Below are positions 1 through 11,939 of a stretch of 64,000 bases of DNA, in pieces. The DNA is from Lama glama. Taxonomy: Eukaryota. The notes beneath the pieces are model-generated. The model saw only the letters and a program-made list of their open reading frames with translations, was not told the DNA's origin and did not search any database. The position numbers and the translations under genes are program-made. The DNA lies in the NCBI GenBank assembly GCA_028534125.1, contig CM052817.1, forward strand, positions 74,278,001 through 74,342,000. Reading direction: 5' to 3'. Numbering within the stretch: the stretch's first letter is position 1; every line of letters begins with the position of its first letter.

Positions 1-139
1 AGGGGTCAGGTAGGGCCCTCTTTCCTTGCAGGCACATAGAGAATGCAGAAGGGAAAAACGCTAGATATCAAAATGCTGGTCACTGAAATCTTTATCTTCA
101 ACTCCCATCACTCTGTGAGCTTCAGACTTGTGTTGGCAA

Positions 140-400
140 ATTTCTTGTTGGAAATTTCCTCCCATATTGTCCACTTCTACCTCTGATTCAACACGTCAAA
201 AAGTAATCTCCCAGATTCCCTCTGCACCTGCACCTTCTCCAGATCTCAGCAAATCTTAAGAGTCACCTGTAACTGTCCCTCTCCCATACTTCCACAGTCA
301 ATCAAGAGTCCTCATACCTCGTGCCATTCTCACTGCAAACACCTTGTTTTAGGCCATCACCTTTTCTTACTTGGATTAAGGCATGAGATCACCCTTCTCT
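140..400 (+). mobile_element. L2 LINE fragment (highly diverged)
   Basis: Pyrimidine-rich L2-like motifs, e.g. 'ctcactgcaaacaccttgttttaggccatcaccttttcttacttggatta'. Confidence 0.6.
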
Positions 401-539
401 AGTGAATTCACACTAAAGGAATCTAGTGTGTCTCTCAGTGTAGATTCTGTTACTAGCTCATATATATCCTTAGGGGGAAAAAGGGCCCCGATTCCTTAGT
501 TCATCTTACCGTAATGTGTTGCATTTCCTAGTTTGGGCC

Positions 540-730
540 TGGTTAGTTACATAGACTCAACTCTCTTGTCCTTACCCCTCTGTCAGTCAGCCTGGGTCCC
601 TGAAGGCCTTCGTAAGAGCTGAGCGCTGCTCACCTGGAACGCCTGCTCTAGACCAAAAGAATAAACTTCTGGTTTTAAGAGAACTGAGTTTTGAGGATTC
701 TGTCTATTTCTGTGAGTTAACCTACAGTAA
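540..730 (+). mobile_element. MaLR (MLT1-like) LTR 3' remnant
   Basis: 'aataaacttctggttttaagagaactgagttttgagg' resembles the MLT1 polyA/U5 region. Confidence 0.4.
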
Positions 731-1021
731 ACCAATTATGCAAAAAACTCTTAAAATCAAGTCCTGGACAAATATAACATATCACTATAATTCAATGCTT
801 ATGAATAAAAGTACAATTAGTAAGTGACTGGAAATAGGTGATTTAGATTATGACCATATTTTATTTTTCCACATTGCCAGTTTCCATTAGTGTGGTAATT
901 CAAAGTTAGCTATGTTATAGAATGGCCCAGCTCCAGTCAGAACAAATATCTATATGGTTCAAGTTTAAAAAGTAAAAATAAGAACCACTTTACCATTCTC
1001 ACTCCTACTACTACTATTACT

Positions 1022-1024
<3 letters not shown>

Positions 1025-1064
<40 letters not shown>
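1025..1064. repeat. (AC)20 microsatellite
   Basis: Perfect dinucleotide run; explains the CVCVCV ORF at 937..1149. Confidence 0.98.
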
Positions 1065-1067
<3 letters not shown>

Positions 1068-1489
1068 TGCAGTTTTCATTCAATAGGGGAAGCAAATGTT
1101 TAGAGTTTCTGGAAGCAACAGCAATACCCCTACAAAGAGCCAGGCACATTTCTGTCTAAAACCCTCCCATTTTTCATGCTTTTCTCTTTTATTATACCTG
1201 TGGGGGGAAAAAAGCTTCAATTAGTAGCTTATTTGTGAGCAACACTTCTTTTTCACGATTACTTGTTTCATTTAACAAAGAACATGTGCCCTCAAATTAA
1301 CAGTGAAAAGGTGTTTTTGAAGGTGGAGGCAATTAAGCTGGGTTATCAAAGTACACAGAAAACAAAACAAAGAATTTCTGCAGCTTAAATGTGAAGAATT
1401 GTGCCATTCATTTTGCAACATTTATTCTATAAACTGTGTGTTGATATATTAGGCCAGGGAGCAGGGAGTCTGAGGATGTAATGTAGAGC

Positions 1490-1815
1490 GAAATAAATAC
1501 TATCTCAAAAAATAAAACATATAAAATATAAAATATTGCCCCTACTTCTGTAGGGCTTACTTTTGAGTAGGGAATATAGGTATTAAATCAATTATTCATA
1601 AAAAAATGAAATACTGTGAAGGAAGAATACAGGGAGCTATGTGAATATATATTTGTATTAGTGGGTAGGAGAAAGGCTGAGCATAATGAGATCTGAAGGA
1701 TAAGTATGAATTAACTAGATAAAAGAACGTATACAGAGAAGTATCCTAGCAGATAGAACATAGCGAATTCAAGGAGCCAGAAGAGGCCCAATAGATCAGG
1801 GTGCAGTGAGTGAAA
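1490..1815 (-). mobile_element. L2 LINE 3' fragment
   Basis: Purine-rich antisense L2 motifs, e.g. 'tgagatctgaaggataagtatgaattaactagataaa'. Confidence 0.65.
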
Positions 1816-1824
1816 TGAAATATA

Positions 1825-2130
1825 TGCAGCCATTATTGCATTAAATTATGCTACAGCAAAGTATTGGCATGGGAAATTGTCACATATTAAATGAAACTCC
1901 AAGTTACTAAAGAATTTATTTTAATCCCAGTTTAGTTAAATTTAGTTTAATTCCAGTTTGTTATGTTTGGTTGTTTGGATAGATAAGTAGACAGATAAAT
2001 AAAATTCTCAGAGGACAACTTCCTAAATTTTAACTGTGATTATCTTTGAGGGTAAGACTGTAAATGAATTTTTTTCCCCTGTATTTCCAGATTTTCCTTC
2101 ATTGAGTAAGTTTTATTTGTGTAATAAGGG
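1825..2130 (+). mobile_element. Old L1 (L1ME-like) 3' UTR fragment
   Basis: 'ttaactgtgattatctttgagggtaagactgtaaatgaa...tgtatttccagattttcc...ttatttgtgtaataag' resembles L1ME 3' ends. Confidence 0.6.
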
Positions 2131-2319
2131 CAATGAATGCTATAAAGAGATAAAACTTTTGAACCTGCACATATTTGGGAACTGGAATGTGGATTCCAAA
2201 ATAAGAAGAAGTTTAGAATTTATAAACTTTGTGGTTTCTCCCTTAAAGTTTCCTTGTTTCTTGATGGAGAAGTAGGATGGAGGAATAGTAAGAACTATTC
2301 TTTTCATGGTACAATTTCA

Positions 2320-2640
2320 CAGTAATCATGGAAGATACATCATATTTTTCATCTTACGGATGAGGAAACTGGACCACTAAATGTCTAGGTAACTTTATTT
2401 CTCACTAGAAACAAGAGCAAATTCAAGGTTTGCTTTCAGGAGTGTCTAAGATACTAATGGGTAACATTTGTTGAGTGTTGACTATGACTCAGAACCCTCT
2501 GAGAGAGTTTTCTGTTACTTTCGTCTTACAGATGAGGAGACAGGAACAGGTCTGCGTGTCCAAAGGAGAGAGACAACAAGGTAAGGACTCAAACCCAGGT
2601 GAGCTGAGCCCCAGAGCCTGTATTTTTAATCACTATATGT
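2320..2640 (-). mobile_element. Two adjacent MIR SINE fragments
   Basis: Two MIR cores: 'cttacggatgaggaaactgg' and 'cttacagatgaggagacagg...ggactcaaacccagg'. Confidence 0.75.
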
Positions 2641-3439
2641 TATTGTCTCTATTTTTATTCACTTTACGTGCCGCAGCTAGAAACTCTTGCATATACTTTA
2701 TATCTTTCAAATGAGAAACTCTGAAAATATTTAGCTCCTCAGGAGTGGCTGCTCTTTAAGGGGAGGAGCAGTGTGGAGTGAACAAATGAATTATGGAAGT
2801 CTCTTGTCTTCAGGGGAAAACCAGCTGAATGTCCTGCTTCACTCATTAACTGCACCAATCCCCAAGTGTCAAATTATATTAGCCAGTCAACAGCTGCTTT
2901 TCCAGAGATCGGTGACTCATTTGCTAAACATACTGCTTCTGTAGCTGTCACCTCCTGCTACACAGGCTAAGCCTATCCTTCCTCTCTCCTTTGGAGGCCT
3001 CATCTTCAGTTATTGCTTCTCCCTGGCTCTGGTACCCCCATTCCTCAAGTTAGTTTCTTATTTCATCTCAGGGCTAATCCAGGTTAGGATCTGCAAATCT
3101 GACTAAATGTTAAGGGGGGAAGTTAATGATTAAATCCAAAGTATTCACTAAGATATTTCAGTGTTTGGAGGCAAACCCTTTCCCATTATGTTCCCAGCCA
3201 GTCTCATGTCCTTAGCACATTTCCAAGGTCTGCTTCCTGAATTTTGGTCCAGGCTCTTCCAACGGGCTGGCAAAGCCAGATTCCAGGTGATCGCAGAAAT
3301 GAAAGGGAGGACTCACCCGCGTGTGTGTTCCATCCATAGCTGCCACTTCCCTGCTGAAGTCTGCGCAATCTGGCTTTTGTCCCTCTGCCACTCAGGATCC
3401 TACTAATACCCAAGGTCTCCCAATGACTAAATCCAGGCC

Positions 3440-3970
3440 TTGACCCAGGCATCATCTTCATAGGAATCTGTGGGAATCTATATAACCAATTACCACCTTT
3501 TCTTGAAACTGTCTTCCTTTGACGTCTTCAATTTCAATTCTCCTGGTTTTCTCACTACTCATTATTCATTTTTCTGCCTCTTCTTCTTCCTTTTCTTTTC
3601 CTTTAAATGTAGGCCTTCCCCACCACTTTGGACTGGATAGCACTGCCAAAGCCCTTGTCTCTTGCCTCCATATAGATAGCCCCTTAGCTATCCAGAGAGA
3701 CCTGGATGCCAAAGTCTCAATTTATGTGAATGGTACCATTTCACCATTTATTCAGATTCAATCCTTGGAGTATTGTTTGATCTCTTCCTTATATTTCCCC
3801 ATTTCCAACATTATCACATCCTGCAGATTCTACAAAATACCTACGGAGATTTATTCCTTCTGAGTTCTATGCCATCATAGAGGGGTTCTATTATCTTGGT
3901 GCAATGGCCTCCTGACTGTTTCACCCAGTGAGCCTTCTCCTCCAAACCATCAGATCATTTCCCCAGTCTT
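3440..3970 (+). mobile_element. L2 LINE fragment
   Basis: 'ctcctggttttctcactac', 'tttcctttaaatgtaggccttcccca', 'gcaatggcctcctgactg' are L2-like. Confidence 0.7.
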
Positions 3971-4069
3971 TTATGATTTCCATTAGTCATATTCTGTATT
4001 AAAAATGAGGCCATGTTAAAAAAATGAGACCCTAAAATAAATTTTCAGGCTCATTTGCATTCCTCCCAT

Positions 4070-4320
4070 AATAACTACTATTTACTTAGCATCTACAGTG
4101 TGCCAAACACTTTGCTAACCACTTTACATATATTGTTTTTAATCCTTTCAGCAATCATGAAAAGTAAGGCTTATTATACTTAGCGTTCACGTGGGCAAAC
4201 AAAATTCAATTAACAGAATGTTTGCTTTCATAAGGTCACACCTTAGAAAGCAGATAGAGCTGTCATTTGATCCAGGTCTCTTGGATTCCAAAGCCTGTTC
4301 TAAGAATTTAACACATGATA
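4070..4320 (-). mobile_element. MIR SINE
   Basis: 'tttacttagcatctacagtgtgccaaacactttgctaa...aaggtcacac...gattccaaagcctgttct'. Confidence 0.85.
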
Positions 4321-5502
4321 CTACAAAGATGCATAAATCAGGTAATCACTGGATAAAAATGAAAAATTTTGTTTTATATGTGACTATATAGCAGAAAAAA
4401 TTCAGAAGTCAATCCAATGATGTTAAGAAATTCTCAGGAGTTTTACTGATACAGAATGACATTAAGTACAAGAAAATAGATATTGAGACTTTAGTCTAAA
4501 TTTCTTTAATCTAAATTTCTAAATTGGAAACTGATACTTAGAAATATCAAGACTTTAATCTAAATTTCTCCAATAGCTAAGTATTTCATTTATACCCAAA
4601 CTGTGATTGTCACTGTAAGAAGGAAAACTACCTCATTACAGACAATAGCAGGGACACCCTCTGGACAATGTTGTGTGAAATGGGTGCTTGTCAGGACACG
4701 ACTACACAAAAGACACCTGTAATGAACCGTGTGTTAGAGTGAGTTTGCCTCTCATGTGAAATGACAGAAAGACAGCCAAAAGACAACTCCCTAGTTGGCC
4801 ACCTGGAAGGAAAGTAAATATGTCTATGAAAATGGCTCAAGAGGCTACAATTTATGAAAAAGCAGAGCTTTTCTCCACCATCATAAAAACAAAACAATAT
4901 AAAAAGCTCTGATAAATTATAAGCTACTTCCCAGTAGGTCTTATTAATACATTAAGTGGTTCCATTCTTCTTATTTATTCCTCTGTTTCTGTCTTTTTGC
5001 CCTCAAGTCATTATACAGTGTTTGTATAAAAGTTTCTGGTTCCTTCTTTACCACCTCTCCAATTCTATATTTACAAATTTTTCCAATGAAAGAAAAGGCG
5101 TTTTATATCAAACAACACAGTTTATAATCCAGCTTGAGGAACTCATTAGGCATAGGAAGTGAATGAAAATTAAATTCATTCTCAATGCAATTGAAAGCAA
5201 TCCTTTTTGTTCACAGGAGGATTTGTCAGCCTCTGAAGCCAAGATCAATCCAGAAATAAAAGGAAGGCACATTGGTGTAGTCAAATGTCAATTCAATATA
5301 GATTATTGCCAGAATTTTATCAGTATCTGTAGTGACTCCTAAGACATTATTTTTTCCCTAAGACATTACTTTAAAGCCAGTATTTGTATAACTAATTACA
5401 ATTTTCTGTTTTCAAGTGTCAAGAATAAATTTGAGCTATCTAAAGCAAAATGAAAGATTGTATTATTGTATGGTTCCTCCAAAATAATTTTTGTCTTCCT
5501 CT

Positions 5503-5715
5503 TATGGTTATTAGATTAAGCAAATAAAAATACAGGGTACTAGTTAAATTTTAATTTCATACAAATAATAAATAATGAACAAGTATGCCCCATGTATTGG
5601 GAACATACATATACTAAAAATTATTGCATGGGACAAATACTAAATAATCACTCATTGCTCATCTGAAACAAATTGAACTGAGTGTCCTTTGTTTTACCTG
5701 GAAATGGCAACCTTA
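5503..5715. mobile_element. MER53-like palindromic hAT MITE
   Basis: Termini 'tatggttattagattaagcaaataaaaatacaggg' and 'ctggaaatggcaacctta' match the MER53 layout; 8-bp TSD cttcctct (5495-5502) / cttccttt (5716-5723). Confidence 0.85.
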
Positions 5716-6349
5716 CTTCCTTTTTATTATAAGCAGAACATTATAGAATTACTTCTAGACATTTCTAGATCTAATTTTGGCAGAGGGATGGAGTTAAAGA
5801 AATAGAAACAGATGTCTGTCCTTACACGTGAAGGATATTAAAGCTCGACTTGGTGACCTTACAGTGAAATATGACATATGATCACCTGGCCTACATGAGT
5901 AAAAAGGTCTATGTTCTCTTTGGTGAAAGAAAATAATTGAAGAATGTATTGTATTATTTTTAGAGTGTTAATATGCACTCAATCACACAATAGAGCAGGA
6001 TATTTTCTAAGTAAAATATAACTAACAAAATAGCACATGATTTCATCAGAAATCTAATTTACTTTTTCAGAGCTGGAAGAAGTCAGATGATATTTCCATA
6101 TATTAATATTGTCACACCTTTTTATTTCTTATTTTTATTTATAATTATATAGAATCACTGCAATTTTTTATAGTTAGTCATTTTTAAAAAATCACCTAAT
6201 GCTGACTTTAGTCCTTGAGAACTAGTCCTGCTTTTAAAAAATGGCACACTGGTATGTGTGTTAAACTTAAAAACTTAAATCATAGAATTCTGAAAGAAGG
6301 TAATTATCTTATTAAGTCATCTACAACTTAAAATTTTGGAATAATTATT

Positions 6350-6440
6350 TTTTTAGGTATTATTATTACTATTATTATTATTGCCTATTATTAGTATTAT
6401 TGCCTTCTATTATAATAATTATTACTAATTATTATTATTA
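6350..6440. repeat. Degenerate (TAT)n low-complexity tract
   Basis: Repeated tattattat units. Confidence 0.9.
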
Positions 6441-6757
6441 GGTACACATAAATGCATTTGGGTTTAAATTTAATTCGGTAATTTCAGTAAGGGTATGACT
6501 TTTGTAAGAAATTAGAGAAAAATCTTAATTTTCCTTTATTACTAAAAAGTAACATGATTTTAAGAATTAATTAGCATTGGTATTCACTAACTTTTTTTTT
6601 CAACAACTTTTTTTGATGTAGTGAATTACTCAGTTTCAACTGTGGCACATTGTTGAGGGGACGTGGATAATGACTTGTCAGTCATCTTTTTGTGGAAACA
6701 TTTTTGTAAGTTATAGTAATTTTTTCTTTGAATACTGTCCATTTTAGAGCACAATGT

Positions 6758-6774
6758 TGACCACTAGAGGGCTT
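6758..6774 (+). promoter_or_regulatory. Candidate CTCF-binding motif
   Basis: TGACCACTAGAGGGCTT matches the CTCF core CCASYAGRKGGC; motif match only. Confidence 0.4.
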
Positions 6775-7234
6775 AAAATTTGCAATCCTTGTTAGCAATC
6801 TAATAGTACTAATGGACATTTCATTATGGGCTCTGGTCATTTTTGAAAAGGGAGATAGACACACTGACTCTATAGATCAATCTCATGTGGTGAAAAAAAT
6901 GTTATAATTAAAATTAATTTAATGTTTGTTGGATTCTTTACTTCTAAACAATTATGCTGTTAGGGTGGTTATTCTACAACTGTTACTTGATAAATTTCCC
7001 AGAGAATCTTAGAGTAATTGGACTATAATATAATTGAAGTATTGGAATTAACAATAAGGAGAGACCCTTAAGAATACCTGTTGGGAAGAGAAGCTAACAG
7101 AAGACTTGAAGAGAACCTCTGGAGAAAAGAAAAGAAAAAGATGACAAAGGAGCAAGAAAACCAACCAGAAAACTGAGTATTCTTTCCTTGGAGGGACTGG
7201 CATACTTGGCAATAGGTAATAATAATAATTATAA

Positions 7235-7370
7235 TAAAGTGACGGGTTTTGGAATTTTACTATGTGCCAGGACTCTACTAAGGCATTTACATATACGAAC
7301 TCATGGAAACATTTCACAAACCTCAGAATATTTGCTCTTTTTCTTATTTTACAAATAAGGAAACAGATGC
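7235..7370 (-). mobile_element. MIR SINE fragment
   Basis: 'tactatgtgccaggactctactaaggcattt...attttacaaataaggaaacaga'. Confidence 0.8.
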
Positions 7371-7464
7371 TTCCTTCTTAGACATTTGCCTTTCCCCTCT
7401 AAAAAAACAAAACAAAACGAAAAAAACACATTCAATGAAGGCTGTAGCAATATTAAGCAGCTTT

Positions 7465-7750
7465 CCTAAAGCAGATGAATTCTATACAGACCCAGGGTTT
7501 GAAACTTATTGAGTTCAAGATCTAGGACAAAGCACTGATCCCAGATGAGGATGCATTCTTCATGAGCTTTGGAAGAACTGAGGTCAGTGCATTTAATGAT
7601 ATCTGATAGTACGAAGTTAAATGCCATTAAAAATATCTGATAATTGGAAGCTGGGAAATTGCACATGGTCTAAAATCTTGTATGGGGGACCAAGGGGGAA
7701 AAAAATGTTAGTAAACTACACTGTTAGATGACTAGACATTTAAAGGCTGG
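7465..7750 (+). mobile_element. Probable L3/CR1 LINE fragment (RT-proximal)
   Basis: 'cccagatgaggatgcattcttcatgagctttggaagaactg...aagggggaaaaaaatgttagtaaactacactgttagatgac' resembles decayed L3 ORF2. Confidence 0.45.
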
Positions 7751-8079
7751 TTCTCCATAGGTTCTTAGTGGCTTTAAGTAGTGAAACAAAGCAAAACACA
7801 ATAGAAAACAAATGTCTGATGGACTAAATAGGTGTTTTGTAGCAATTTCTGGCAATTAAATTTCTTGGTCCAGCTAGTGGTGAGGAAATCCTGTATTTAT
7901 GACACTTGCTGAAGAGCTGAAAAGGAGGTGATGAGAGATCATGCCAGTGATCCATTACTTAGAGGAATTCTATGTAAAAATGTGCTTATGATGATTTTAA
8001 ACACAAACACACTCAAGGCTGTAACACAATATGAATAATATACCTAGAGAAAAAATTATTTAAGAGGAGAAAGTGACCA

Positions 8080-8630
8080 GTGAAGACACTGGCTTAGACA
8101 TTGTCTTTGGCAAGTTGTCGTTCATGGGCGACTTCGTCAACAGAATTATGTCATATTCTCTAGAGTATTCAGTCACTTGAATGCAGGAACAGATTAACAG
8201 ATAGTTGGATTTGACCAGAGTTTGGGTTTCGTCAGGAATAAAATGCTTGAGGAAAAAGGAAAAAAAGTTAAGGACATTTGTTGGGAAGTAGTTATAGGGC
8301 AAAACCATGAAAAACAAACTGGATAGGGTGACATGTGAAGACATGGGATTATGATGAATAAAGGTAAGTTAGAGGGTCAGCGAATTGGTATTCTTGAAGG
8401 GGGAAAGAGGAGCAGCAGTTTGGAAGTAGGAACAGGGAGTGGAGAGGACACCGCCTGTAAGTCCAGGTACGTTATGGTACTTAGAGTATGAGAAGAAAAA
8501 GTAAAAATAAATCAAGGGCTCCAGGGAAAGCAGTGTTTTCAGGAGCCAAGTTAAAATTCAGCAAAACTCTGAAGGAAATGTTCAGTGAAGAGATTAAGAG
8601 AAAAATGTTTTCTGATGATAGGAAACAAGT
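8080..8630 (-). mobile_element. L2 LINE internal (ORF2-region) fragment
   Basis: 'ccagggaaagcagtgttttcaggagccaag...gaaggaaatgttcagtgaagagattaag...tctgatgat' resembles antisense L2; explains the overlapping ORFs at 8481-8832. Confidence 0.6.
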
Positions 8631-9039
8631 TTGGGCAGAAGGGCTTAGATGGCCAAGAGTGTGGGAAATGTGGCCAGATTTGTGGAGGCTGAGAGCAGGG
8701 TGGTGATAAATATCTGTGTGAAACTGAGTGATCTGGGAAACCTGGACTTCTGATAGCAATACAGGAAAACTGGTGGTGGAGACATGATGGGATTTGTTTC
8801 AGAAGCCACAGGACACCGTGATTAAAGGTCATGGGGTGGCTGGTCTTGCCTGCAGCTGCAGATGGAGTGATGGGGAAGATATAGCCTCATCCCTGGGGTT
8901 TTAAAGCAAGGGATAGCTGGAAATCTTGGGCCCTATGTTGCTGGAGAAATAGAGCAATTCTGTGCCCTTTGCTTGCCATTAAGGACCCTCTCTACTAAGT
9001 TGAGTTTTTCCATTTACTGGGAAGTGAACTCCTACAGAA

Positions 9040-9310
9040 TCTCTAAGCCCCAAAGTCCCGTTTTGTGAACCTTTCCAGATTCCAATATCTCATAGTTAGT
9101 CATTTTTTCTATAACTCAAATCACTTTGCACAAATAGCTCTTTGAACCTGTATGACATTTTATTATAATTATTTATGTATCTTTCCCTGCCAGTACACAC
9201 TAAACTCTTTGACCTACAAATGGTGACTTACGTTGTAACTGTACCGCAAAGTAGATCATATCCACACAATTGGGTAACACACATAGGAATTATTAAGTGC
9301 TCTATAGTTT
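9040..9310 (+). mobile_element. L2 3' end fragment
   Basis: 'ttttattataattatttatgtatctttccctgccagtacacactaaactctttga' is L2 3'-like. Confidence 0.55.
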
Positions 9311-9359
9311 CTGAAAAGTGACTTAAAGTGAATTAACAGACTGCTTCAGCAGTGTTACT

Positions 9360-9935
9360 ATTATGACTAACTGTTGAGAGTTTCCTGTGGGCAAAGACTG
9401 TGCTAGATGTTGCATGTGCCCAAATCTGACTTGGTAGGTGTCTTAGTTCAGGTTGATTTGTAACAAATATACCACAGACTGGTTGGCTTAAACAACAAAC
9501 TTATTTCTCATCGTTCTGGAGGCTGGAAGTCTGGGATCAGGGTGCCAGCACGGTTGGGTTCTTGGTGAGGGCCCTCTTGCTGGTTTACAGATGGTTCTCT
9601 TTTCATTGTGTCCTCACATGGGAAAGAGCAGGGAGAGGAAGGAAGCAAGCTCTCTCCTGTGTGTGTCTCTTCTTGTAAGAGCATTCATCCCATTCATGGA
9701 AGCTCCATCTTCATGGCCTACTTACCTCCCAAAGGCCCTGCCTCCAAATATTATCACACTGAGCATTGGGATTCTAACATATAAATTTGGGGGAGATACA
9801 ATTGTTCAGTTCACAACAGTAGCTGATAGTATTGTCATTTTATCAACAAAAAAGCTGGGACTCAGTCTTGAAGGTTGTGCAGTCAGGAGGATGTAAGACC
9901 AGGAGTCAGTCCTAGTTTATTTGATACTAAAGCCT
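9360..9935 (-). mobile_element. MIR split by the MLT1A insertion
   Basis: MIR-like halves at ~9360-9438 and ~9819-9935 join across the LTR. Confidence 0.6.
9439..9818 (-). mobile_element. MaLR solo LTR, MLT1A-like
   Basis: TG...CA ends; 'ggcttaaacaacaaacttatttctcatcgttctggaggctggaagtc'; TSD gtagg (9434-9438) / gtagc (9819-9823). Confidence 0.9.
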
Positions 9936-10825
9936 TTCAGTTCTATCAGATGACTCTCCTCATTTTATTTATCCTAAGATATAGGAGTTTAATTTTTGCC
10001 AGTGCAGATCTAATACCATGGTGACAAAAAGAGAGAAAATGAAGCTTGTTGTTTTATTGTAATATTTACTCTTTATTAATGTGACTCTTTAAAAAATCTT
10101 TCTGGAGAGTTAAAAAAATAGAAAAGTAAAAAATGGCTGATATAATTCAGATTTGATCAGAACCTGCTTTGGTTTACAGGACAAAATATGCAAATTACAC
10201 TGTTTGAGAGGGAGCTCAGCTTGGAAAATGCAAAGAACTCTCAAACACTAATTCCAACCAGACAGAAAGAAATATGGAAATGTCCTAGAGTGTCATGAAG
10301 TTTCATAGTAAATCCTGACATAGGTAATAAAACATGAAACTCTATTTTGCATTTAAATTATTTAAAGTATAGCACACTTTTTAGAGTATGAGAGGCCAAG
10401 TGGCCTCATGCACTTTTACCTTTGTTAACACACTCTTTCCCCGAGTTGAATGCTGCTAACCAGGGCCCGGGTTGGGTTTGCCCAAGTGAGAATCCCAGAC
10501 AGCCCTCTGATGTGAATCCTATGTTCTAACTGGCACAGGAAGATCATAAAAACTTCCTTCATTGGCAATAGCTTAGATGTGCAAGGCCAGGGTAGGGGCT
10601 CCCTGTCATTCTGGAGAGAGAAAGATTTGAGTACTTTCTCAGATCTTGGAAGCAACAAAGCACACTATTTCTTTATTCTTATCTTCTGGGGTATTCATGG
10701 GAGCATCAGGTTCAATCTGGACAAATAACAGGATTCCAACAATGTACTCAGTGATCACAACAGTCCATTGTGGGTACTGTACATGTGACAGGAATGTGAC
10801 TGTACCTGGGAGACAAGGGAAGTAG

Positions 10826-10843
10826 CAGCAGCAGCAGCAGCAG
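10826..10843. repeat. (CAG)6 trinucleotide repeat
   Basis: Read directly from the sequence. Confidence 0.95.
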
Positions 10844-11939
10844 GTATTTTTTTGGAACGGGGGATAGTTGTAAGCGCTGGTGAATAGGTCCTTAATAGAT
10901 AAAGCATTTATTTAATTAACTTGATCCAAGTAGCCAGCTAAATCTTATGATTTAGTATAATAACTAAAGCCAGTAAAACACTAGGTCTCGAATTATATAG
11001 TCGGGTGATCCATGTCCAGATATGCAGATGATTTGCAAATCTTCACTTCATTTGATGCTTCATAGGCATATCTTGAGGTTTACAGACAAATGGAGCAGAA
11101 GTTGGTTCATTATATAATTAAAAGCCTGTGGAAGAGGCCAGACTATCAAAATTGGAATTTGACTCTGTGTGTCACAACCTCTGACAGAATGACACTTCAG
11201 TTTCATTGGCTAATCTGCCAAAACTACTGAACTCTGAAAGAATCTTTGGGTGCTAATCCAGGTTTAACTATTTTAACACCCAACAATTTCTGTCTAGATT
11301 AAACAAGACCAGGCAGATTCTTTCCTCTGGACATGTATCAGTAGAATTTATCCTGTTAAGTTTTTAAAATTCTGAACAGGATACAGGAATAACAAGAGCT
11401 ACTAGGTGTTATCAGGAGCTAATAAACTTATCAGCTATAATCTCAGATTCCTATCTTTACCTTTAACCTTTATTTGCTGGTTGTATTAAGCAGAGCTTTA
11501 AGCCTTTTCCTAAAATCAACTATCCTGCTTAGACGTGGTTGCTGAGGGTGTAGGGTGGGATAGGAGAAGTCAAGATTTGGGGTTGGCCATGTAGGAATGA
11601 TACTGGCTGATACGGTAAAATCAGAAAAATAAGAGATTGTGTCCAGAGAGGTCAGCTACGAAACAGAAGGACAATGTGAAAAAGTCAGGGTTTAGAATTG
11701 TCAGGTGCCGGAGATCAAAATAACAGGCTGAGAGATTGGGATGAAAAGGGTCAGAGACCCAGAAGGGATGGAAAACAAGATGGGTTGGGTAGTTAATACT
11801 ACGAGTGTGTATAGCAGGAGGCTAGACTCTAAAGCACAGAGTCTAAGTAGCTGTAGATCTTAGTAGTAGTAGTAGCTATCCTTAACTACTTTTATTAGCT
11901 TTATACTACAACTACCATGGCAAAGATCCCTACAGCAAA

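Noticed and set aside
937..1149. CVCVCV ORF (similarly the THTHTH ORFs at 16861 and 22372 and the ERERER/VCVC ORF at 52029)
   Set aside because: Translations of dinucleotide microsatellites.
8481..8832. Three overlapping ORFs, including a K/R-rich one
   Set aside because: They largely overlap a decayed antisense L2, and the composition reflects purine bias.
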